Sequence record: PQ374922.1
DNA length: 64,000 nucleotides
Direction: 5' to 3' (one strand)
From: a phage
Below the pieces are notes generated by a model, which worked only from the letters and a program-made list of their open reading frames with translations, ran no database searches and was not told the origin of the DNA. Below, one piece after another: positions 37,566 through 45,530 of this stretch. The translations under genes and the position numbers were made by a program. Position 1 is the stretch's first letter; every line of letters begins with the position of its first letter.

Positions 37566-38312
37566 ATGGCATCCCTCCAAGATCTACGCAAGCTGAACGA
37601 CTTCGAAAACCGTCATTACACATTCCAGCAATACGAACTTCCTTACAAGGAACTGGAGTGTGTTACGACGGAGAATGGTCGTCATTACGTTTCACCGTCT
37701 GGTGTAAAACTGACATCCGTCACGACTATGCTGGGACGCACTGGAGATCATGAATGGCTTGAGTCTTGGAGGAAGAAGCTGGGCGCAGAGGCCGCTGACC
37801 TTGAGACCATGCGCTGTGCTGACCGAGGGGAGAAGCTGCACCTTGCGTGTGAACTGTATCTAAAGAACCGCCCAATGAAAGAAGTGTTGGAAGCGGCTGG
37901 CGAATACATGTTCATGTTCAAGCAGCTGTTCCCTTACCTGAACAAGATGACAAAGATCTATGCTCAGGAGATCCCATTATATAGCGAGGTGCTTGGTCTT
38001 GCAGGTCGTGTAGACCTTATCGGGGTTTATGAGGGTAAACCTGCTGTCATCGACTTCAAGACATCGAACACCATGAAGACGCGGGGCATGATCGAGGATT
38101 ACAGTATCCAGCTATGCTTATATTCGGTCATGTTCCAGCAGATGTTCGGCGTCAAGATCACCCGCCTCATCAACGTGATCGCCAACGAGTCTTCCCCTCT
38201 ACCAACCGTCATTGAGTTCAACCGTGATGACATTCTGACAAAGATGTTTGAGCGTGTTCGTCTGTATCATCGCATGGATAAAGAACAAAACGGAGTCTGG
38301 CCGGATCACTAA
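37566..38312 (+). CDS. PD-(D/E)xK superfamily nuclease (exonuclease-like)
   Basis: Motifs GRVDLIGVY (Asp) and PAVIDFKTS (D-x-K) in beta-strand context. Confidence 0.55.
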   Translation: MASLQDLRKLNDFENRHYTFQQYELPYKELECVTTENGRHYVSPSGVKLTSVTTMLGRTGDHEWLESWRKKLGAEAADLETMRCADRGEKLHLACELYLKNRPMKEVLEAAGEYMFMFKQLFPYLNKMTKIYAQEIPLYSEVLGLAGRVDLIGVYEGKPAVIDFKTSNTMKTRGMIEDYSIQLCLYSVMFQQMFGVKITRLINVIANESSPLPTVIEFNRDDILTKMFERVRLYHRMDKEQNGVWPDH

Positions 38313-38319
38313 ATACCCC
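38309..38319 (+). promoter_or_regulatory. Late-promoter-like motif CTAAATACCCC upstream of uvsW
   Basis: Exact box 22 nt upstream of ATG 38341, overlapping the upstream stop codon. Confidence 0.55.
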
Positions 38320-38340
38320 ATAATCCTTGGGAGATTTTGT

Positions 38341-39849
38341 ATGGTAGACATTCAGATTGTTAAGGTTAACGAAGTCCGCATGCGTTGCATCGCAGATCTT
38401 TCTATCAGGGAAGAACTTAATGACTACTTCAAATTCGAAGACCCGAACTTCGTTCCCAACCCCTTTTCTAAATGGGACGGGGTTGTCCGCCTATTTACCA
38501 AGTCATCTGGTCTAATCGATATCGGTCTGCTGTTTGAGGTATTTAAGTTCTGTAAGAACAACGGATACACCATTGAACTGGATCCGGCACTGAAGTACAT
38601 TCAGGACATCCCAGATGAAGAAATCCGTGACTTCATCGACAGTCTGCATCCAAAGATCCGCACCGAAAATCACGAATATATCGATGCCGAGACTCGTGAC
38701 TACCAGTACGACACCATCGCCAAGGCTATGCGTCAAACCAGATGCGTCTGTGAACTGGCTACGAGTGCCGGTAAGTCCTTTATTCTGTATGTCATGGCGC
38801 GGTACTACAGGCGGCGCAGAGAAGCTCTCGAAAGTCCTCTGAAGACGCTTATCGTGGTGCCGTCAATCCACCTAGTCACTCAGCTGTACGACAACTTCGA
38901 AGAGTATGCACATGGCAGTGATTGGAAGCCCGTTGTTAACACCCAGCTGATTTTTGAGGGCGCGACAAAGGATATCAGCAAACCAATCGTCATCAGTACA
39001 TGGCAAGGCATTCAAGACCAGCCGAAGGAATGGTTCCACCAGTTCGGTGATATCGTGGTGGATGAAGTGCACACCTCCAAGTCTGAGAAACTGTCTTACA
39101 TCCTAAACAACTGCATCTATGCCGACCAGCGCCTGGGGGTTACAGGTACGCTGGCGAATACCAAAGTTGCCGGGCTTCAGGTGGTGGCTCACTTCGGGGC
39201 GTACCATAAGATCATCACGGCTCGCGATCTTATCAATCTCGGGTACGCCACTGACATCAAAGTGAAGATGATCCAGCTGAAGCACACTCCGGCGGATGCT
39301 GTTGGTCTGGACGGGGATTATTCCAAGGAAATAGAATACCTTATCACACACCAGTCCCGCAACGAACTGATCGCCAAGATGGCACTGAATCTGAAAGGAA
39401 ACGTGGCCATCATGTTCGAACGTATTGATGGTCACATGATGGTCGTGTATGATATGCTGAGCGCGGTCAAGCCCAACGTGTTTGTCATCAACGGGGAAGT
39501 AAAGATCGAAGACCGCCGCCGCATACAGAAAGCGATGGAGGATGGAGAGGACATCACCCTGTTGGCATCATACGGGACAATGCAGCAGGGAGTGTCGATC
39601 AAGAAGCTACACCACCTTGTACTGGCACACCCGAGCAAGTCATATATCCGCGTCATACAGACATTGGGTCGTCTGATGCGTCAGCACTCCTCTAAGGACG
39701 TCGCGTGGATATGGGACTTAGTGGATGATGCATCGTACAACGCCAGCACGAACCACGCTCTTAGGCACTCTCACGAGCGTTACAAGTTTTACCTGGCAGA
39801 GCGCCACCCTGTGGAGTTCATGAAGGTGGCGCTGGGTAATCACGATTAA
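38341..39849 (+). CDS. uvsW: UvsW-like SF2 DNA/RNA helicase
   Basis: Walker A ELATSAGKS, DEVH box, VISTWQGIQDQPKEWFHQFG, C-terminal LASYGTMQQGVSIKKLHHLVLAHPSKS all matching the T4 UvsW pattern. Confidence 0.9.
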   Translation: MVDIQIVKVNEVRMRCIADLSIREELNDYFKFEDPNFVPNPFSKWDGVVRLFTKSSGLIDIGLLFEVFKFCKNNGYTIELDPALKYIQDIPDEEIRDFIDSLHPKIRTENHEYIDAETRDYQYDTIAKAMRQTRCVCELATSAGKSFILYVMARYYRRRREALESPLKTLIVVPSIHLVTQLYDNFEEYAHGSDWKPVVNTQLIFEGATKDISKPIVISTWQGIQDQPKEWFHQFGDIVVDEVHTSKSEKLSYILNNCIYADQRLGVTGTLANTKVAGLQVVAHFGAYHKIITARDLINLGYATDIKVKMIQLKHTPADAVGLDGDYSKEIEYLITHQSRNELIAKMALNLKGNVAIMFERIDGHMMVVYDMLSAVKPNVFVINGEVKIEDRRRIQKAMEDGEDITLLASYGTMQQGVSIKKLHHLVLAHPSKSYIRVIQTLGRLMRQHSSKDVAWIWDLVDDASYNASTNHALRHSHERYKFYLAERHPVEFMKVALGNHD

Positions 39850-40217
39850 TCTTGATTCACATAGGCGGGGGTGGCCTCGCCTTCATCAGTTACTACACCG
39901 AACAATTTGTCCAGAGAAGCCAGACATTGTGCGTTCAGGTGTTCACTGATCGTATCCTTCAGCATTTGTTCGCTGTTCAATTGGAATGGCAGAACCTTCG
40001 CTTCGATGCCGTTATCAAACGTCACAACGCCAACATACAGACCAACTTTCAGGCCTGTCATCAAGCCAAGGGGGACAAATCGCGGCTCCGATGGTAAGTT
40101 CTTGTCTGACGCCAGCTGTGTCAGATAAACTGGGGTGCCTGTGATAAATTGACCTGTGGTGAGGTTGGCGTCTGGCTTACTACACCCGACTGCGTATAAT
40201 CCTACGAACTGTTTCAT
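39846..40217 (-). CDS. Hypothetical protein (123 aa), possibly exported or lipid-anchored
   Basis: Minus strand, convergent with uvsW; N-terminus MKQFVGLYAVGCSK is weakly signal or lipobox-like. Confidence 0.45.
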   Translation of the reverse strand: MKQFVGLYAVGCSKPDANLTTGQFITGTPVYLTQLASDKNLPSEPRFVPLGLMTGLKVGLYVGVVTFDNGIEAKVLPFQLNSEQMLKDTISEHLNAQCLASLDKLFGVVTDEGEATPAYVNQD

Positions 40218-40404
40218 ATATTACTCTCGTGTGTTGGTTAACATGACATACATATTATTTCGCGTGCATGTTTAGACCAAATAAATTATTTTTGTTGTTG
40301 AATAAAAACTGCTTTCTTGTTGAACAATGGCGTGGTATTATACGAGTTGTGAGCGTTAGCGAACAACGAGTATTTGTTTTATGAGCGAAGCGAATAGGAT
40401 TAAT

Positions 40405-40445
40405 AAAAGTTATTATCTTTAATAAGGTTATTATCTTTAATAAAG
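40405..40445. repeat. Tandem duplication of an 18-nt AT-rich unit (gttattatctttaataag, two copies) in a 360-bp AT-rich intergenic region
   Basis: Direct tandem copies followed by palindrome aaatgccgaaggcattt; region 40218-40577 separates divergent genes. Confidence 0.5.
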
Positions 40446-40577
40446 TCCATAAATGCCGAAGGCATTTATTAATAACGCGTAGCGCAATTTGCCACTTGTT
40501 CTATAAGCAAAACACAGCGATACTAGATTTCGTCAAACATGACTTGAACCACCACTATATTTTGAGGATACATACAA

Positions 40578-41246
40578 ATGCAAGAGATCACTCTCTCCGA
40601 ACGTACACTTCAGTTGCTGGCCAACTTTGAGACCATCAACCCATCTATCGTTCTGACACCGGGCAAGATGCTGCGCAGTATTAATGATTCTTCTACTGTG
40701 ATCGCCGTGGCGCAGATCGAAGAAGACTTCCCGTTTGAGTTCCCGATTCTGGACCTGACCAAACTTCTGGCCATCCAGCGCCTACCTTCCTTCAAAGGTG
40801 CCAAAGCCGAATTCCATCAGGACTACATCCTGTTGAAAGGTGAAAGTTCTCAGCTGCAATTCTGGCGTTCTGCTAAAGAACTCACGGTTGTCCCGGCTGA
40901 TACTATCGAACTGCCGTCTGTTGACTTTGAAGCGATCATCACTCCAGAGAAGATGAAAGAACTGACCCGCGCCTGTTCTACCCTCGGACATAAGACTGTG
41001 CGCCTGGTTGCTCAGGGTGGCAAAACTCGCCTGGTTGCAACCACCACTACCCTGGACAACTCCAACAACTACACTGTTGAGCTGGGTGAAACCGCGCTGC
41101 CGGACTTCGTAATGCCGCTGGATGTTGCCAACCTGAAAATGATCGAAGGCAACTACACTCTGCGTGCCTGTGCTGATCTACAGATGGTGAACTTCCAATC
41201 ATCCGACGCGACGATCAATTACTTCGTCGGCGCACAGATTGAGTAA
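40578..41246 (+). CDS. Sliding clamp, gp45-like
   Basis: N-terminal TLQLLANFETINPSIVL matches T4 gp45 TTALLKNFATINSGIML; RBS gagga; optimal-codon-rich. Confidence 0.9.
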   Translation: MQEITLSERTLQLLANFETINPSIVLTPGKMLRSINDSSTVIAVAQIEEDFPFEFPILDLTKLLAIQRLPSFKGAKAEFHQDYILLKGESSQLQFWRSAKELTVVPADTIELPSVDFEAIITPEKMKELTRACSTLGHKTVRLVAQGGKTRLVATTTTLDNSNNYTVELGETALPDFVMPLDVANLKMIEGNYTLRACADLQMVNFQSSDATINYFVGAQIE

Positions 41247-41262
41247 TCAATCTCCAGCCTGA

Positions 41263-41300
41263 TGCTATAATGTGTGGGCGGGGCGTTCCCCGCCTATTTG
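41263..41300 (+). promoter_or_regulatory. Extended -10 promoter-like element (TGcTATAAT) followed by GC hairpin ggcgggg-cgtt-ccccgcc
   Basis: Between gp45 stop and gp44 start; the hairpin may be a 5'-UTR structure or a terminator. Confidence 0.4.
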
Positions 41301-41327
41301 AAATGATTCTTCTACACGAGGCTGAAA

Positions 41328-42317
41328 ATGTCTAATATCACAATTGTAAAAGACCAGTATGCATGGGAAAACCGCTTCCGCCCTGACAACCTGGACGAGA
41401 TTATCATCCCTCAAGACGTCCGCGCTAAAATCCATGGCTACATCACCAGCGGCAACGGCAACATCCCGTCTATGCTGTTCTACTCCCCTCAGCCTGGTAC
41501 TGGCAAGACTACCTCCGCCCTGGCCGTGTGTAACGAGATCGGTTGTAAGCAACCACTGATGATCAACGCATCCCTGGACAACAGCATCGACGTTATCCGT
41601 GACCGCGTGATTCAGTACTCTACTGGTGTGAGCGTATTCGGTGGTCGCAAAGTCGTTATCCTCGACGAAGTAGAGCGTCTGTCTATGGCGGCACAGGAGT
41701 CGCTGAAGGGTATTGTGGAGAAGGTCTCCAAGAACTGTTCATTCATCCTGACCACCAACGCCAAGCAACGTGTGAACGAACCTCTGCGCTCTCGTTGCCG
41801 TGAAATCGACTTTATCTGGAATGAGACCGAGGCTGATGAGGTCAAACTTCAGTTCATGCGCCGCTGTGCTGAAATCCTTCGCTGCGAAGGTGTTGAGTAT
41901 GACCCTCCTGTGTTGGCTGCTATTGTCAAGCGCCATTTCCCTGATAACCGCCGCATCATGGGTGTTCTACAGGATAACGTCACCACTTACGGCAAGATCG
42001 ACGAACGTGCACTGGCTGTGTTAAAATCGGCCGATATGGGCATGTTGGTGAATATGTTGAAGGATAATGACTGGGCTGGGATGAAGCAGTGGGTGACCGA
42101 CAACCAGAACTATATCACTGAAGACTTCTATTCCCGCTTCTTCCAGTTCTGTGTACCACAGGATAAAGAGAAGCAAATGTTGGTTCAGAATGAGTCTATC
42201 CCTGATCTGGTATGTGTATGTGGTCAGTCTCAGATTGAACACCGTCAAGTCGGCGATGTCTGGCTGCATGCTGTGTTTTTCCTGACCAATGTCATGCTCA
42301 ACATCAAGTGGAAGTGA
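41328..42317 (+). CDS. Clamp loader large subunit, gp44-like AAA+ ATPase
   Basis: Walker A PQPGTGKTTSA, Walker B ILDEVE, sensor region; follows gp45 as in T4. Confidence 0.85.
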   Translation: MSNITIVKDQYAWENRFRPDNLDEIIIPQDVRAKIHGYITSGNGNIPSMLFYSPQPGTGKTTSALAVCNEIGCKQPLMINASLDNSIDVIRDRVIQYSTGVSVFGGRKVVILDEVERLSMAAQESLKGIVEKVSKNCSFILTTNAKQRVNEPLRSRCREIDFIWNETEADEVKLQFMRRCAEILRCEGVEYDPPVLAAIVKRHFPDNRRIMGVLQDNVTTYGKIDERALAVLKSADMGMLVNMLKDNDWAGMKQWVTDNQNYITEDFYSRFFQFCVPQDKEKQMLVQNESIPDLVCVCGQSQIEHRQVGDVWLHAVFFLTNVMLNIKWK

Positions 42318-42321
42318 TATT

Positions 42322-42744
42322 ATGGCCGCCCTTGGATTGTTCGATTACCTGGCTGCTCTGAACAGCAGCAAAGAAAACCTTTTGCGGTCTGATGACCCAG
42401 AAGTGTTGAAAGGATTCGACCCGTTTATGACGCGGCGTGGTTTAGCTCAGAGCAAAGACACTCTAGTGGCTGCGCAACAGATGAATAAGCTACATGCTAT
42501 CACTCCATGGATGCAATGGTCATATGCCTTTTACACCATTCCGGCTCGGAAACGCTACGACAAATGGTCTAAGAAAGGTCCGATTGATCCTGACGTGAAG
42601 TTACTCTCAGAGTACTTCTACATCAGCATGGAGAAGGCATCGGAGTACGTCCGTTTCTTGCCGAAGGAAGTCCTGGCCGAGATACGCGAGAAGATGAGAC
42701 GCACTGAGCTGAACGCCAAAGCGAAACCGCGCAAGGCTAAGTAG
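42322..42744 (+). CDS. Clamp loader small subunit, gp62-like
   Basis: ARKRYDKWSK resembles T4 gp62 RGKRYGKWAK; position after gp44. Confidence 0.7.
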   Translation: MAALGLFDYLAALNSSKENLLRSDDPEVLKGFDPFMTRRGLAQSKDTLVAAQQMNKLHAITPWMQWSYAFYTIPARKRYDKWSKKGPIDPDVKLLSEYFYISMEKASEYVRFLPKEVLAEIREKMRRTELNAKAKPRKAK

Positions 42745-42773
42745 TTCAAACTATTGTAAAAGGGGAATGAGTC

Positions 42774-43238
42774 ATGGCGCGTAATACGCTAGACATATTG
42801 AATATTTCAGCAGTCAACGATGAGGCCAGCATCGTTGATTGTATGGTTGAAGTTCAATTGAACCAAGATCGGCCAGGTATATTCCTGGGGATCAAGGAAA
42901 CACTGAGTCGAATTGGGGTAAACACGCGCCAAGAGCCGAATACTCTGTATCAGACTTGCCATATTCTTCATAAGTGTGGTAAGTATTATATCGTCCACTT
43001 CAAGCATCTATTTATGCTGGACGGGCATTATAACGGATTTAACCGCGAAGATGTCCTGAGGATGAACCGAATCATCAAGCTGCTGGAGCAGTGGAACATG
43101 GTGAAGGTCATTCATCCTGAGCAGGTCACTGAAGCAGCCGATATGTCTCGCATTAAAGTGGTTAAACACGATCAGGTTCCTGAATGGAAACTGGTTCCAA
43201 AATACATCATCCGGCCTACGAAGGCAAAAAGCGAATAA
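42774..43238 (+). CDS. regA: Translational repressor RegA
   Basis: IKETLSRIGVNTRQEPNTLYQTCHILHKCGKYYIVHFKHLFMLDG and PEWKLVPKYII closely match T4 RegA. Confidence 0.9.
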   Translation: MARNTLDILNISAVNDEASIVDCMVEVQLNQDRPGIFLGIKETLSRIGVNTRQEPNTLYQTCHILHKCGKYYIVHFKHLFMLDGHYNGFNREDVLRMNRIIKLLEQWNMVKVIHPEQVTEAADMSRIKVVKHDQVPEWKLVPKYIIRPTKAKSE

Positions 43239-43254
43239 CTGGAGTCGCTAAATC

Positions 43255-44127
43255 ATGACAACTACATTTTCCAAGAACGTGAATCTGAATCTGGCTTTCG
43301 GTAATGCAAAGGGCGACGTCACATCGCCCGACTTTGGTAAGATCCGCAATCAGGCGAAACTGGTGCTGGAAGAAACCCGTGAACTGCTGGAAGCGGCGTA
43401 TTTCGACCACGAGGTGAAAATTGAGTTCACTGCATCTCCGCGAGTCCTGAAAGAACCCGTTGTTGTCGACATCAAAGACATTATGCGCCAGATCATGGAT
43501 GCTCAGGGCGACATCACAACAGTCAACGACGGCGTGGCTCATATTGCTGGTTTCGACGGTGACGAATGCCTACAGCGCGTGTATGCCTCTAACATGAGCA
43601 AGTTCATCCGTAATGAAGGTGAAGTTGTGCCAGCACTGGATTACTACTACAACAAAGGATTCCCACGCGAAAGTCTACGCATCGAAGGGGAATTCCCTCA
43701 GGCGTGCATCAAAGTGGTAGACACCATCACCGTCGACGGCAAAGAATACCCGGCTGGCAAGTTCCTGAAGAACATGGCAACCTTCAAAGAGCCTGACTTC
43801 TCTGATATGTTGACCGCCGAGCCTAAGCGCCAGATCACCGAAATCATTCTGACAGGTACGGCTACCCCAGGTCGACTCGGATGCAACGAACACGCTGGTG
43901 TTGCCTACGCACCGTTCGATTTTATTGACGAGATCGTGGGATACACCAAGATGGGCTTCCAGGCGTTCTCTGGCGAAACAGTCGAGAGCTACATTCCCGT
44001 GTTTGTTTTCAATGAAGACAACTTCCCAACTCTACCGTTGATCTGGGGTGAATGGAAAGCCAACGTCCGTATCTATGTGGCCAGCCCAGTGCAATCATCT
44101 ATCACCCAACTGACCCGTATCGATTAA
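43255..44127 (+). CDS. Hypothetical protein (290 aa), possibly with MazG-like NTP pyrophosphohydrolase-type N-terminal helix pair
   Basis: KLVLEETRELLEAAYFDHE resembles the EExxE metal-binding helix of all-alpha NTP pyrophosphatases; weak. Confidence 0.45.
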   Translation: MTTTFSKNVNLNLAFGNAKGDVTSPDFGKIRNQAKLVLEETRELLEAAYFDHEVKIEFTASPRVLKEPVVVDIKDIMRQIMDAQGDITTVNDGVAHIAGFDGDECLQRVYASNMSKFIRNEGEVVPALDYYYNKGFPRESLRIEGEFPQACIKVVDTITVDGKEYPAGKFLKNMATFKEPDFSDMLTAEPKRQITEIILTGTATPGRLGCNEHAGVAYAPFDFIDEIVGYTKMGFQAFSGETVESYIPVFVFNEDNFPTLPLIWGEWKANVRIYVASPVQSSITQLTRID

Positions 44128-44148
44128 GATATACAGTTGTTCACTAAA

Positions 44149-44176
44149 CAACAGAGGCTATAATGGCCTCTGTTTT
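44149..44176 (+). terminator. Hairpin terminator (cagaggc-tataatg-gcctctg + T-tract) with TATAAT in the loop
   Basis: 7-bp stem plus T-run after stop at 44127. Confidence 0.6.
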
Positions 44177-44195
44177 CGTATTCTAAGAGGATACC

Positions 44196-45416
44196 ATGAA
44201 AGATAAAGCCCTGGACGTCCCGTACTGCGGTGTCCGTGAAGAAAAGATAAAGTCGGCCAAACCGGTTCTCAGTCCGACCCATACCTGCCTGTCTTACGAA
44301 TGGATGCGCGATCGTTATCAGATCCACGTCAAGAAGGACGTCCAGCGCCTTCCTGCTCCTTGGACTGATAATCCCATATTACGGCAGGTCAAGTTCTGTA
44401 ACGTCCGGAGAGAGCACGACAGGCAGTCTCTCAACCTGATCAACAACATCGTCAACAACGATGCTCTGGGTATGGCCGACAAGATGTTCAACTGCGTGTT
44501 GTTCCGCATGTTCAACCTCTGGGATCCAATCCAGGCTATCGGCGGCGCGATGACGATCAAAGAATTCGCCGAGATCAACCTCGATGCAACCCGCGAACGA
44601 CTTAAGAAGTTCGAGGCCGACGGCGGTAAGGTATTCACCAATGCCTTCAACACGGGCGGCCTGAAACAATGCCTGGCTTTCCCTGAGATGGTTGTCAACC
44701 ACAAGGAGCAGCGCTTCGGTGGGATGATGGTGAATCTGATCTGTAAAGATGGTTCAACCCAGAACATGGATTATAAAGAAGCCAAGGCGATAGCCGAAGC
44801 AGAACCGGACTTCTACACCATCGAAGGTTGGGAACCGTACATGCCAATGCGTGTCATCCGCTCCCTGAAGGCATTCGTCAACAAGTATCCAAATTACTTC
44901 CATGACCTGCTGCGCCTTGGTACTCCTTTGGAAGTATACCAGCGCATGTACGACGACATCGAAGGGCTTGGTCCATTCCTGGCCTATCAGATCTGGGTAG
45001 ACTTCACTTACATTCCTGAATATCCTTTCAGTGAGAACCACTTCACGGTTGCTGGACCAGGCTGTCGCGCAGGGATCGACCTGATGTTCCAGGACAAAGA
45101 TGGCATGACGCATGAAGAATGCATCTTCTGGTTGCGGGACAATCAGGACGCGGTTTATGGCCCTCTTGGGTATAACAGGGAAGAATTTTGGTCTGCGGAA
45201 GAGCCTTGGGATCAGTGTATGAATGTGATGAGCATCGAGAATATGGCATGTGAATTGTCGAAATATACTCGTTGTGTAGAGGCCATACAGCAAGGTAAAA
45301 AACCGCGCGGGAAGGTTGGATATGACGGCGGTGGGGAATACAAAAAGCGCTGTGATGAAGTCGTGCTCAAACGTGGTTCCGTCAATTTGCTGGACCGTTT
45401 GAAGAAACCTGAATAA
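44196..45416 (+). CDS. Hypothetical protein (406 aa)
   Basis: RBS aagagga; no recognisable motif by eye. Confidence 0.55.
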   Translation: MKDKALDVPYCGVREEKIKSAKPVLSPTHTCLSYEWMRDRYQIHVKKDVQRLPAPWTDNPILRQVKFCNVRREHDRQSLNLINNIVNNDALGMADKMFNCVLFRMFNLWDPIQAIGGAMTIKEFAEINLDATRERLKKFEADGGKVFTNAFNTGGLKQCLAFPEMVVNHKEQRFGGMMVNLICKDGSTQNMDYKEAKAIAEAEPDFYTIEGWEPYMPMRVIRSLKAFVNKYPNYFHDLLRLGTPLEVYQRMYDDIEGLGPFLAYQIWVDFTYIPEYPFSENHFTVAGPGCRAGIDLMFQDKDGMTHEECIFWLRDNQDAVYGPLGYNREEFWSAEEPWDQCMNVMSIENMACELSKYTRCVEAIQQGKKPRGKVGYDGGGEYKKRCDEVVLKRGSVNLLDRLKKPE

Positions 45417-45436
45417 AGATTCCCTTTACTTCGTTC

Positions 45437-45462
45437 TTCAATAACTCAATCCAGCGTATATT
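45437..45462 (+). promoter_or_regulatory. Candidate middle-type promoter: TTCAATAA box, 12-nt spacer, TATATT
   Basis: Same arrangement as at 32675 and 32936; about 70 nt upstream of ATG 45531 with a GC hairpin in the leader. Confidence 0.4.
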
Positions 45463-45530
45463 GACCTCACTTAAACGAAGCGCCCTGGCAAACGGGGCGC
45501 ACATTTGAACTGAAACAGGAAGATTACACC

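Noticed and set aside
40405-40445. Possible CRISPR-like repeat
   Set aside because: Only two adjacent copies of an 18-nt AT-rich unit with no spacers; consistent with a promoter or origin iteron, not an array.
43248-43254. CTAAATC immediately before the ATG at 43255, resembling the late-promoter box
   Set aside because: Abuts the start codon, leaving no room for transcript initiation and RBS; this gene already has a ggag RBS in the same stretch.
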